Shown: positions 48,084 through 57,025 of the stretch, in pieces
Numbering within the stretch: position 1 is the stretch's first letter
How the letters are laid out: the number at the start of each line of letters is the position of its first letter
Assembly (NCBI GenBank): GCA_963845185.1
Contig: CAWJRG010000009.1
Coordinates: 832,001-896,000 of the forward strand
DNA from: an uncultured bacterium
GTDB taxonomy: Bacteria; Oederibacteriota; PGYV01; CAWJRG01
Length of the DNA stretch: 64,000 nt
Direction: 5' to 3'
Program-made: the position numbers and the translations under genes
Notes under the pieces: generated by a model
What the model was told of the DNA's origin: nothing
Databases searched by the model: none
The model's input: the letters and a program-made list of their open reading frames with translations, nothing else

Positions 48084-48911
48084 TTAAAACAGCATTTTCT
48101 GTTTTTTTAATAAATCCCTTAATCTTTGAGCATTTTTAACTGCTTTACCTGCATGGCAGTTATTTAATAATATATAAAGCACTTTTGACTTTTCCGCCAA
48201 TTTGGTTATTTCAGGCAAAAAAGACTCGAGTTCCTCGTCTGAATACAGGTAATCATAGCGTACTGAAACCGGCGCGTTAAACCACTCCTTGTTCCTGCCG
48301 TGAAGCCTGAAATAGCCAATGTCCGACGTCACTTCGTTATTAAAAGGCATAAGCCGTGGAAGCTGCGGCTCGTCAACAGCGCAAAAGCCCAGCTTATTCT
48401 CCCTGAGAAATGCGAATGTCCCGTCTTTTGCCCATGCGCTGTTACGGAATTCTATCACAAGCGGTATATCCTCAAAAGCTTTCCTGCATTTGATAATGTA
48501 ATCTTTGGACTCTGCCGATGGATAAAAAAATACCGGAAACTGTAAGAGCACTGCTCCAAGCTTGCCTGCTTCGGCAAACGGCCTAACAGCCAGCTTGAAT
48601 TTTTCTATATCCGCTAATGCTCTGTCTATGGACGGTTTTTTTCCTTCGAGCCTCGAATCAAACGGGTCATGAGTAAACCCGCGGAACCCTTTGACCACAA
48701 AAGTAAACCCGCGGGTTGTTTTTTGCTCCATGGCAAGCGCTGATTTTTCCGATATTATAGTATAGTAAGTTGCATTTACTTTAAGCGTATTAAAGCCAAG
48801 CTCTTTGTTGTAGTAAATGAGTTCTTCCTTCTGCGGCAGTCCCTTCGGGTAAATAATTCCCCTCCAGTCAGGAAATGAAAAACCCGATGTGCCAAGCTTT
48901 ATTTCACCCAT
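48084..48911 (-). CDS. DUF72 (YecE-like) protein
   Basis: IKLGTSGFS..DW.G..YP, LG.VLLQFP, EFRN..W, YFRLHGRN, RYDYLYS..EL. Confidence 0.92.
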   Translation of the reverse strand: MGEIKLGTSGFSFPDWRGIIYPKGLPQKEELIYYNKELGFNTLKVNATYYTIISEKSALAMEQKTTRGFTFVVKGFRGFTHDPFDSRLEGKKPSIDRALADIEKFKLAVRPFAEAGKLGAVLLQFPVFFYPSAESKDYIIKCRKAFEDIPLVIEFRNSAWAKDGTFAFLRENKLGFCAVDEPQLPRLMPFNNEVTSDIGYFRLHGRNKEWFNAPVSVRYDYLYSDEELESFLPEITKLAEKSKVLYILLNNCHAGKAVKNAQRLRDLLKKQKMLF

Positions 48912-48969
48912 ACATTGCTCCTTTGATTTAATGGTGCCAGGCCGAAGATTGCGCGATGACTTATATGGA

Positions 48970-50505
48970 TTACTTTAAGACAATAAATTTATCAACTCTA
49001 TTAATATTTGTTGTCTTCCCTTTTTGCTTATATGCTAAAAAATATATGCCGTTTGCAAAATTTTGCACATTAATTTCAATGGTATTTATACCTGCGCTCT
49101 GGTTCTGGCCTGATTTTTCTATTAACCTGTATGCCATTGTATAAATTTTTACTTCTACATTCGCATCTTCCGTAAGGTTATATGCATATTTTAATTTATC
49201 TTTTGCCGGATTTGGATATATCCTCGGTAATTCAGTGGCTGTCAAAACAGTAGCCGGCGCCTGGGTTTGTGTAGCTGTTGCGCATACGGGCTGCGCAGTC
49301 CCTGTGAGCCATGCCAGCACGTCTGCGCCGTGGCACGAGGTGGGCGTATAGCTCCAGTCCTTTATAAGTGTAGGCCCCGAATACGGATTCAGGTCCCATG
49401 CCGTTGCGTTGTACATGTAATTCGCGTTATTGCCGCCGTTAAACCATGAAATAAGGCTGGACTCAAAAGGGTTGCACCCGCTGTCGTCGTCACCGCAGCA
49501 GTTGCCTTCATTGTTTGTCCCTCCCATTAAAGACCCGAATTCACCTGCTATAACGCAATACCCCGCGTTCACTGCCACCCCTACATATTGGTCCCAGCTT
49601 GCCGCGTCATTGTTCCCCGGGTTGCCGTAATATATATGCGCGTCATACGCTATGCCAAAGCCTGTCAAAGTGTTCCCTGTGTTCCTGTCTGTTAATGGAT
49701 TCGACGGTATTCCTGTCAGGTCATGGCACCAGACCAGGCCTGCGGCAATGCAAATATTTTTCGCGCCTGTATCGCGGATAGTCTCTACCATAGTCTGGTA
49801 TCCCGGGCTGACAAAACTTCCGGTCCAGCCGCCGCTCTGCCATGTGGTCCACGGCATATAAGTCGGCTCATTATAAAGTCCGAAAAGTACAGCCGGGTTA
49901 TTGCCGAATGTAACTGCAAGGCTCTGCCAGAAAGCCAGGGCATTCATGTCACACATGGCTGGTCCGGCAGCCTGCACAGAAGTGGAAGTGCCCCATGTGC
50001 CCATGCCTGACCAGTGCAGGTCGAGGTTCACGTAGCAGTTAAGTGTCGACGCGGTGTTTACCATATTTGTAACAAGTGCCCTGTAATTACTCTGGTTTGT
50101 CATATCCTGTATGGTAGAGGAAGATGTTACGCCGTTACTGTAGCCAAACCAGAAATCCTGGTTCAGCGGTATCCTTACGATATTGGCTTTCCATGTGTTT
50201 ACTGCCACGGTTATTGACTGCGTCATGTCCCCGCTCGGCCCACTTGCCAGGCCTTTGCCGTCTGCTTCCCATTCCAGCCCGTCCACGTTCACGCCCACGA
50301 GCCTCACCGGGCAGCCCGTGGCTGCGTTTACAAAATATTGCCCGGATACCGCAAGCTGCGGCGGCGCTGCAAACAGGCATCCGGTATTTAATAATACACA
50401 TGACAATATTATGAAAGCTATCATCAGAAACTTTGGCGTTGGATTAATGTATTTCTCCATACTGTTCTCCTGGCTTCTTAAATGTATTTCATCAATATTA
50501 TACAA
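48970..50505 (-). CDS. Secreted GH5 cellulase-family hydrolase with C-terminal sorting-like domain
   Basis: GVN..GLEW, N.VRIPL, LDLHW, LYNEP, AGEFG; C-terminal IYPNPA...ANGIYF...KF.V.K. Confidence 0.88.
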   Translation of the reverse strand: MYNIDEIHLRSQENSMEKYINPTPKFLMIAFIILSCVLLNTGCLFAAPPQLAVSGQYFVNAATGCPVRLVGVNVDGLEWEADGKGLASGPSGDMTQSITVAVNTWKANIVRIPLNQDFWFGYSNGVTSSSTIQDMTNQSNYRALVTNMVNTASTLNCYVNLDLHWSGMGTWGTSTSVQAAGPAMCDMNALAFWQSLAVTFGNNPAVLFGLYNEPTYMPWTTWQSGGWTGSFVSPGYQTMVETIRDTGAKNICIAAGLVWCHDLTGIPSNPLTDRNTGNTLTGFGIAYDAHIYYGNPGNNDAASWDQYVGVAVNAGYCVIAGEFGSLMGGTNNEGNCCGDDDSGCNPFESSLISWFNGGNNANYMYNATAWDLNPYSGPTLIKDWSYTPTSCHGADVLAWLTGTAQPVCATATQTQAPATVLTATELPRIYPNPAKDKLKYAYNLTEDANVEVKIYTMAYRLIEKSGQNQSAGINTIEINVQNFANGIYFLAYKQKGKTTNINRVDKFIVLK

Positions 50506-50553
50506 TTAAAAACAAAAAATTTGAATTTTATTTGTTAAACCCGATACTAAGAT

Positions 50554-51840
50554 TCAGTGTTTCATCAGCCTTGTGCTTATTATTCCGCACCGCTCCAGTA
50601 TGCCGTGATGTTCCGCTATTATCAAGGCCGCAGGCTTTACTGTAAAATCGCCGTACCTTAAATTAATCCCGTCCACGGTTGAAAGCACCATCTGCTTTTT
50701 CTGCAAATCGCCGAAAAGGTACTGCTGCCCGTCCACTGCTGACAGGTTTGTCACGCTCACGCCCAAAAGCCTCACTGCTTTTTTCAGCGGAAGCACTGCC
50801 TGGAAAATATTCCACGCGTGCCCGTATATCTCCGTGCCTGAATTAAAAAAATGCTTCAGCGTCATGCGCCTTGCGAACATGTCAAAATCCCCGAACCTGA
50901 CAAACAGGAACACTGTCCTTGCCGTCATCCTGTATTCGCGGAGCCTTGTGCCTGTCTTTTCCGAGAGCATTAGTAAATATGACTTGATGACGCTGTGGTC
51001 ATAAGTATCCGCAGACAGCGTGTGGCTGTGGCCGACCGACTTCACCGCTGAACGGAAATCATATTTTTTTACGCCTGAAACATCCCTGCCAAGGCCTATG
51101 TTCTTATAAACCCTGCCCATTACGCCGAAATGCCCTGTCAGCATCGATACCGGCGCTTCACCAAGCTCTTTTGCCGTTGTTATCCCCAGGCTCCTGAACT
51201 TTTCAGATAGCTGCCTTCCTATGCCGGCACCCTGCAGTTTCTCCACAGGCAGCTTAGCCATGAAAGCAGGCACATCCTCCTCGCCCACCATTGTAAGCCC
51301 GTCGGGCTTTTTCAGCTTTGCCGCTAATTTTGCCACGACCTTATTAGGCGCTATGCCTATGGAGCATTTCAGCCCTGTTTCCTCTTTCATGCGCTCCTTG
51401 ATTTTTTCCGCGATTTCCACTGCGCCCCCGAAAAGATTTTCCGTGTCTGTCACGTCCACGAAGCACTCGTCTATGGAAAAAACCTCGACCTTGTCCGTAA
51501 ATTCAAGGAGTATCTTATGTATCTTTAATGACGTGTCAATGTACTTGTCTATGTTGCCTATGACAGGTATGACAGACGGGCAAAGTTTTTTCACCTCGGG
51601 TATGGTCATGCCTGTCTTTATGCCGAATGCCCGCGCCTCGTATGACGCTGTCACCGCTATTGTCCTGCCCTGGCCGCAGACGACTATGGGCTTGCCGCGC
51701 AGCGATGGATTGCACTGCTGCTCAACAGACGCGAAGTACGCGTTCATGTCCACAAGCATTATAACCCGCCTGGACTTTAGCCTGTCAGATCCTGAGCTTG
51801 CATTGCCATGAGCCTGCCGAATGGCCGAAGGATCGTGCAT
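50554..51840 (-). CDS. dinB: DNA polymerase IV (Y family)
   Basis: VDMNAYFASVEQ, ASYEARAFGI, SIDECF, SIGIAPNK..AKLA, VRLLGV. Confidence 0.95.
   Translation of the reverse strand: MHDPSAIRQAHGNASSGSDRLKSRRVIMLVDMNAYFASVEQQCNPSLRGKPIVVCGQGRTIAVTASYEARAFGIKTGMTIPEVKKLCPSVIPVIGNIDKYIDTSLKIHKILLEFTDKVEVFSIDECFVDVTDTENLFGGAVEIAEKIKERMKEETGLKCSIGIAPNKVVAKLAAKLKKPDGLTMVGEEDVPAFMAKLPVEKLQGAGIGRQLSEKFRSLGITTAKELGEAPVSMLTGHFGVMGRVYKNIGLGRDVSGVKKYDFRSAVKSVGHSHTLSADTYDHSVIKSYLLMLSEKTGTRLREYRMTARTVFLFVRFGDFDMFARRMTLKHFFNSGTEIYGHAWNIFQAVLPLKKAVRLLGVSVTNLSAVDGQQYLFGDLQKKQMVLSTVDGINLRYGDFTVKPAALIIAEHHGILERCGIISTRLMKH
51788..51834. repeat. Nested REP-like palindromes within the dinB 5' coding region
   Basis: atcctgagcttg[cattgccatgagcctgccgaatgg]ccgaaggat. 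Confidence 0.65.
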
Positions 51841-51846
51841 TATGTC

Positions 51847-52098
51847 CTATCCCTCACTTTCCACTTTTTCCAGCACCCAATCCAGGGTCTTCTGGTTAAA
51901 GGAAAGCTCGTAATACCCTCCTTCGCCCACTGCGGAAAAATGCACCAGCAAAGCATTGCCCTCCAGGGTGTTCCAGGTATACGTCACGTCCTTTACGTCT
52001 ATTTTCCTGTTTTTCCACTGGAACCATTTCGGGACTATCCTGTTTTTCACGAATACCGCGCCTACGTTTATCTTATCTCCTATCTCAGTTACGCTCAT
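51847..52098 (-). CDS. Small conserved hypothetical protein of the lexA-dinB cassette
   Basis: P.WF.W.NR...V..V...W......HF.......YEL.F.....W.L; translationally coupled to lexA. Confidence 0.75.
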   Translation of the reverse strand: MSVTEIGDKINVGAVFVKNRIVPKWFQWKNRKIDVKDVTYTWNTLEGNALLVHFSAVGEGGYYELSFNQKTLDWVLEKVESEG

Positions 52099-52679
52099 TT
52101 TATTTTCCTTATTACCCCTGCCACTTTCCCCAGCACTTTTACATCCTTTGACACTATCGGGCTGTATTTCGGGTTCTCTGCGACAAGCTTTATCCCGTCC
52201 GGGGTAAAGTAATACCGCTTTATGGTGGCTTCGTTTTCCAGTAGGGCCGCTATTATTTCCCCGTCAACCGCTGTTTTCTGTTTCCTGATTACTACCATGT
52301 CGCCGTCAAATATGCCGGCTCCTGTCATGGAGTCTCCTGTCACGCGCAGGGCAAACATGTTCTTAAGGCCAAACATGTCGGTAATGCTGTCTATATGCTC
52401 CTCGATATTTTCAATTGCGTCTATCGGCTTGCCGGCGCTTATCCTGCCCACTACAGGTATGCCTACTGCCGGTTTTAAGAGCTCTATGCCGCGGGCTGTA
52501 TTTTTCCTTATCCTTACGTATCCGGCCTCGATTAGCCTGTTCAAATGGTGAACCACCGGCGCGTTAGAAGTAAACCCGCAGTCCCTTGCCAGTTCCCTCA
52601 TAGTTGGCGGCAGCTTGTGTTCCCTTGCCAGGTTATTCAAGACATCCAGTACCTTAAGTGTCTTCTTTCCAAGTTCCAT
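52095..52679 (-). CDS. lexA: LexA repressor
   Basis: PPTMREL, RGIEL, GRISAG.P, GDSM, ATIKR. Start ATG 52679 has GGGAGG upstream; the ORF track extends into the repeat. Confidence 0.93.
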   Translation of the reverse strand: MELGKKTLKVLDVLNNLAREHKLPPTMRELARDCGFTSNAPVVHHLNRLIEAGYVRIRKNTARGIELLKPAVGIPVVGRISAGKPIDAIENIEEHIDSITDMFGLKNMFALRVTGDSMTGAGIFDGDMVVIRKQKTAVDGEIIAALLENEATIKRYYFTPDGIKLVAENPKYSPIVSKDVKVLGKVAGVIRKIK

Positions 52680-52690
52680 ACTTGCCTCCC

Positions 52691-52855
52691 TTGATATTGT
52701 TTGTTTTGTCAAGCTTACCGGCGCAAGTTAAATAGTCTTGTAGACTATTTGACGGGTAGTCTCCATAAAGTTAGTAAATATAAAAACTACCCTAAACATT
52801 ACGAGATCAAGCACCCAATCAAGTCCGGGACTTTTAAGCCGAGGACGAGAGGTGC
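52691..52855 (-). repeat. Two-hairpin structured element, copy C, with an internal ~70-nt hairpin module
   Basis: Same flanks as copies A and B; the insert (about 52727-52795) matches 23574-23640. Confidence 0.75.
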
Positions 52856-52870
52856 CTGTTTACTTCATTA

Positions 52871-52899
52871 AAATTAGTACAAATGTTCTAATTTGTCAA
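52871..52899 (-). promoter_or_regulatory. lexA-dinB promoter with a palindromic GAAC-N4-GTAC operator
   Basis: Minus strand TTGACA-AATTAGAACATTTGTAC-TAATTT; imperfect palindrome at 52871-52894. Confidence 0.8.
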
Positions 52900-52971
52900 G
52901 ATAAAAATATAACTCCAAAATATGTGTTTTTTATAGGGTAATTCAGAAGGATTTAAAACTTAAACAAAAAT

Positions 52972-53520
52972 CTACTTTCTTTTCTTCCCTGCTATTATTT
53001 GCCTTGCTCTGGCGGAATAGGACGGCACAGGCGACTTCAGCGCTGTTTCGAGCAGTTTGGCAGCCATGCCGCGCAGCTTGGGCTCAATATCAGCCATGGC
53101 AGTTATGCCCTCCAGGTAAGCTGCGCGCGGCCCGCGGCCTTCTTCCTTTTCCAGCCATTTGTTCATTATTGCCGCGCATTCCCGCGCGTCTTTTCTTGAG
53201 GGTTTTACATAAATAAGCATGTCTGCCAAAAAATACCTGATCCTTTTATAAGTATTGTTCTTTATTGCGGCAATTATTTTATCCTGCCTCTCTTTAACAA
53301 GCAGCGGGTTTTTCCTCGCCGCCCTTGCGCACGCCTCTGCGCATCGCTCCGCAGCCAGGCCGCTGGATAAAAGTGCTTTTTCAAGCACTGCGTCAAACAG
53401 CATTTGCCCCGAGTGCGCTATTTCACTGCCCGCGTATTTAGCGCTCATCCTGAATTTCGAATCAATGCCCGACAGTTCTGTTATTATGTCTGCGCCTGCA
53501 ATATTATTTTTTGATTTCAT
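52972..53520 (-). CDS. Hypothetical all-alpha (HEAT-like) protein
   Basis: Ala-rich helical ORF co-directional with its neighbours. Confidence 0.6.
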   Translation of the reverse strand: MKSKNNIAGADIITELSGIDSKFRMSAKYAGSEIAHSGQMLFDAVLEKALLSSGLAAERCAEACARAARKNPLLVKERQDKIIAAIKNNTYKRIRYFLADMLIYVKPSRKDARECAAIMNKWLEKEEGRGPRAAYLEGITAMADIEPKLRGMAAKLLETALKSPVPSYSARARQIIAGKKRK

Positions 53521-53530
53521 GGCACCCGGT

Positions 53531-54505
53531 TTATCTTTTCACTCCATTTATCAGTTCCTCAATGCTTCCGTTAAATTCCAGGCCGCTGTTCCTGCCCTCG
53601 CCCGAAAAAATTTCCCTGCCGCCTTCAAGCAAACGCACGCGTATCTTTGACTGCAGGGTTTCATTTACCCGCGATTTCATTTCCCCGTATTTCGGCGCTG
53701 CCAGTTCAGCGCCTTTTATTCTGTCCCCGCTTATCTCAAGTGTATGCTTCTTGTCCGATATAACCAGCTCTATGCCAGTATTGTTTGCGATTATTTTTTC
53801 CACCCGCACGCCGGTGTATGTGGCAAACCTGTATATTTTTCCCCTGAGGTACAGGCCGGCAATAAACCCTGTAAAAAAACTTCCAAGCCACGGTATCTTT
53901 GCCACTGAAACGAAAAGCGAGGCTTCAGGCTCGCTAAAGTGGTTGGTCTGCAGCCATATCCACGATGACGGCATGGACTCGCCCCAGTCCTTTTCCGCAA
54001 ACCCTTTGCCGTTGTTAAAATCCATGCGCTGCCCGTTTATCTCAAACCACCCTTTTATCCTGTGGTTAAAGCTTAAAACACCGTGGTAGCATTCCATAAA
54101 AGGCACAAATCCGTACCAACCCATGACACCCGGGGACAATAAGCTGACAGGCCAGGGTATAATGTTCTCAAATGACAGGTCAGCCTTTACGCTGTTACCT
54201 TCCTGCTCTATATCAAGCTTCAGGCTTTTGCCGGAAAAACTGCTGTTGGCAATGCCGATATTAAAGGTTTTCGCTTCAGCCCTGAAATCTTCTTTTGCGA
54301 ACCTGAAATAAAAAGACCGGTTATGGTTTCCGTCAAGCACCTGTATGAATGAATGCTCTGTGTCCCTGTCTCCTGTAATAGAAATTCCGGGAATGACCGA
54401 TATTGCGTTCTTTTCCGGGAAATCAACGTTCTTAAAATACCATCCTTCAAAATATTTTTTTGTCTTACCCCTGCCCTGAAATATCTCCGGCTTATATAAA
54501 TTCAT
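53531..54505 (-). CDS. Tocopherol cyclase family protein
   Basis: YFEGWYFK, MG.Y..VPFMECYHG, G..EKDWG.S.P..W.W.Q.N.F. Confidence 0.88.
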   Translation of the reverse strand: MNLYKPEIFQGRGKTKKYFEGWYFKNVDFPEKNAISVIPGISITGDRDTEHSFIQVLDGNHNRSFYFRFAKEDFRAEAKTFNIGIANSSFSGKSLKLDIEQEGNSVKADLSFENIIPWPVSLLSPGVMGWYGFVPFMECYHGVLSFNHRIKGWFEINGQRMDFNNGKGFAEKDWGESMPSSWIWLQTNHFSEPEASLFVSVAKIPWLGSFFTGFIAGLYLRGKIYRFATYTGVRVEKIIANNTGIELVISDKKHTLEISGDRIKGAELAAPKYGEMKSRVNETLQSKIRVRLLEGGREIFSGEGRNSGLEFNGSIEELINGVKR

Positions 54506-54542
54506 CTCATCTCCTGAAATAATAAATTATTCCTCGCCAAAC

Positions 54543-54572
54543 AAAAAAGCCCTGAGCTTGCGGCTCCGGGCT
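54543..54572 (-). terminator. Intrinsic terminator
   Basis: AGCCCGGAGC...GCTCAGGGCTTTTTT on the minus strand. Confidence 0.75.
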
Positions 54573-54601
54573 GTAATTATAATACAATTACCGCGCTGTT
54601 T

Positions 54602-56515
54602 CTAATTTGTACCCTCTTTTAACGAGAATACTTCGCATGCCTCATCACCGTAAACTTTTGTGAAATATTTAACCATGATATCCTTAAATTTCGGGCTGTT
54701 GGTTATGCCAACCACATCCTCGTATCCACCTGTCTGGAGCCTCTTTAATTCATCCCAGTTAAAAAGAATGTATTTGATGTTGCGCTTCTTAAAAACGTCC
54801 AGTATTTCATTGTCATTCATCGCTTCAAAACCTTCAAAGATAGACCTGTGGTTAAAAACCGTGTAAGCCAGCACCGGCCTTTCTATATAAAAAGTCCTGG
54901 CTTCACCCAGGACAAATATCCCTGCGCCGCGTTCAGTTTTTTTGTTTATAAAATCAGCTGCCGGATAATACGATATATACCTTTTAATATATTCATTCCT
55001 TGGTATCGCGAATACCTGAAAAGGCCTCAAATAATACTCGCAAAAGTAAAAAGAAGAAACTGCCTCGACAGCTATAAGCAGGCCGAAAACCAGGTATTTC
55101 AGCTTTGAATTTATATTTGCAAATGCCTGGCCAGCCACAACAGCCATGATAAAAACAACAGGCAGGAGAAAACGCATTACCTCACCTGTAAAAAACCATG
55201 TTATATAATAAAAAACCATAAACAAGGCTGCCAGCCCTGTCTTTTTCATGTCCGTAAGCGGCAGCACTATTAAAGCAATAAGGAAAAGCGGAGACACCTC
55301 ATCCCCTCCGAACATGTTGCTGTTATATACGACGACAAAAGGGCTGATTATCAAGTTTAAAAGAGTATGCGGCATGCCAAAGCCGTTTACATGCGACACA
55401 TATGCTACAGCGTCGGCCTTAAGCCCTGCTTCCATGTCGAACATGCCTGTAAAAAAAGGATAAAAAGGGTCTCCTGTATAAAAGTAATTTTTTATGATGT
55501 ACGGCAATACGATGCATGCCGGGACCAGCAGGTACATTATTGCATTCCTGGCTCCAATCCTTTTCTTTGCCAGCATATAAATAAAAACAGCCGCGCCGAA
55601 AGCATATACAACAATGCCCGTATATTTTATGGACATTATCATCCCGGCAATTATACCGGCTAGCAAGCCGTCGCCGGCGTTAAACCCGGAATCAATGCCT
55701 TTTACCAGGATGTAAAAAAGCAGAGCTGTAAAAAACATCAGCGGCAGTTCGGCGCCTATCCTCGACGCGTTAAGCATAAAAATCGGGCAAATCGCCAGCA
55801 AAAGCACGGATACTTTTTTATTTACCTTTAATTCATCAGCCAAACCCGCCAGCGCTGCAATTGACATGATTGCCATGAAAAAATAAAGGAGCTTGACGCA
55901 CAGTTCATTGGATATTAAAAGAACAAACAAGCAGTTCATCTGCATCAGCTGCGGATAAAAAGAAAATATATTTTCCTTCATGTTTATTATGCCGCCCGCC
56001 TGTATGTACTGCTCAGGCACTGCAAGGTGGTAAACAAGGGTGTCATAATAAATTGGCGGAGTCAGGCATGCGAAAAACAGGTAAATAAAAACAAATCCGG
56101 CTACTGCGTAAAAGGCGGCGCTTGTCAGGTTTGTCTGCGCTCCCTGCAGCCCTTTCAGGAAGGCGCTTATGTCAAATATAATTTTCTTTATTTCCTTGTA
56201 GGAAAAAACCGCCATTGCGGCCAGCACTGCCAATGCAAAAAAAATATTGTAAAGCCCGACCGTGCCTGCCAGGAAAAAAAGCGTGCCCACCGCGCCTATG
56301 GAAAGCGCGAATGCCACCGGATATTTTACTGCTGGAGCGCTTATCTTCAGGATTTTCTGCATTTTAATCCCGAAGGCAAGGTACACCGCAAACAGTATGG
56401 CGGCAAGGGCAAAATTAGGCAAATAATAAATAAAATCCTTTGGCGGGTATATGCCCCAGAATATGCAGCATGCGGCAAATACAGCTGTTAATATAAATAT
56501 CTGAAGATATTTCAT
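54602..56515 (-). CDS. Polytopic membrane protein, GT-C glycosyltransferase-like
   Basis: Many TM helices; PP..YD.LVYHL..P, K.TG, KN...TGDP.YP, RFLLP. Start moved to ATG 56515. Confidence 0.75.
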   Translation of the reverse strand: MKYLQIFILTAVFAACCIFWGIYPPKDFIYYLPNFALAAILFAVYLAFGIKMQKILKISAPAVKYPVAFALSIGAVGTLFFLAGTVGLYNIFFALAVLAAMAVFSYKEIKKIIFDISAFLKGLQGAQTNLTSAAFYAVAGFVFIYLFFACLTPPIYYDTLVYHLAVPEQYIQAGGIINMKENIFSFYPQLMQMNCLFVLLISNELCVKLLYFFMAIMSIAALAGLADELKVNKKVSVLLLAICPIFMLNASRIGAELPLMFFTALLFYILVKGIDSGFNAGDGLLAGIIAGMIMSIKYTGIVVYAFGAAVFIYMLAKKRIGARNAIMYLLVPACIVLPYIIKNYFYTGDPFYPFFTGMFDMEAGLKADAVAYVSHVNGFGMPHTLLNLIISPFVVVYNSNMFGGDEVSPLFLIALIVLPLTDMKKTGLAALFMVFYYITWFFTGEVMRFLLPVVFIMAVVAGQAFANINSKLKYLVFGLLIAVEAVSSFYFCEYYLRPFQVFAIPRNEYIKRYISYYPAADFINKKTERGAGIFVLGEARTFYIERPVLAYTVFNHRSIFEGFEAMNDNEILDVFKKRNIKYILFNWDELKRLQTGGYEDVVGITNSPKFKDIMVKYFTKVYGDEACEVFSLKEGTN

Positions 56516-56650
56516 ATATTCCTCACTTTCCAGACTTATTTTCACTAATAAGCATATAACAACCCGGGATTGTTTTCAAGACAGGAATTTTTACGTTAGT
56601 GTACATTATTGTGTGTAATTTCAAAAACAAACAGACTCTCGCCCCTTGAG

Positions 56651-57010
56651 GAGTTAAATAATCCGGTGGATTATTTAACGGGTAGAAGTCATCTGGATAT
56701 TTCGATGAATGCTTTTCTACCCAGAGTAAGAGAGGGGAGGCGGAGGAAATATAGGAATTATCACCCTCACCCTGTCCCTCTCCCGTCAAGGGAGAAGGGG
56801 TTTATCTTTCTAATTATAATAGAATTGAAATTATACACTAATAACGAAAATATCTTTTTTACCGTTATTGGCAGAGACGGCCCGGGGTCGCCTCTACTGT
56901 GGAGCCCCCGCCTTCACAGGCAGGCCACTTTTAAAAAAATCTCATATGCTCCCTCCCCGGAGCGCTATCAATTCCCACCTCTACTGGTGGGGTCTTTCGC
57001 GGAGTGGGAT
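56651..57010. repeat. Mosaic of at least four REP-like palindrome families
   Basis: gttaaataatcc-ggt-ggattatttaacgggtag (56653-56685), tcaccctcaccctgtccctctccc (56761-), a GTAG-type REP (56871-56897) and a cccacc...ggtggg hairpin (56974-). Confidence 0.7.
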
Positions 57011-57025
57011 TAAAATCCGGAAGCG

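Noticed and set aside
48930..48950. tRNA-like 3' end (GGCCTGGCACCA on the minus strand) as an att site
   Set aside because: No T-arm (GTTCRA) or other tRNA features; too short to support.
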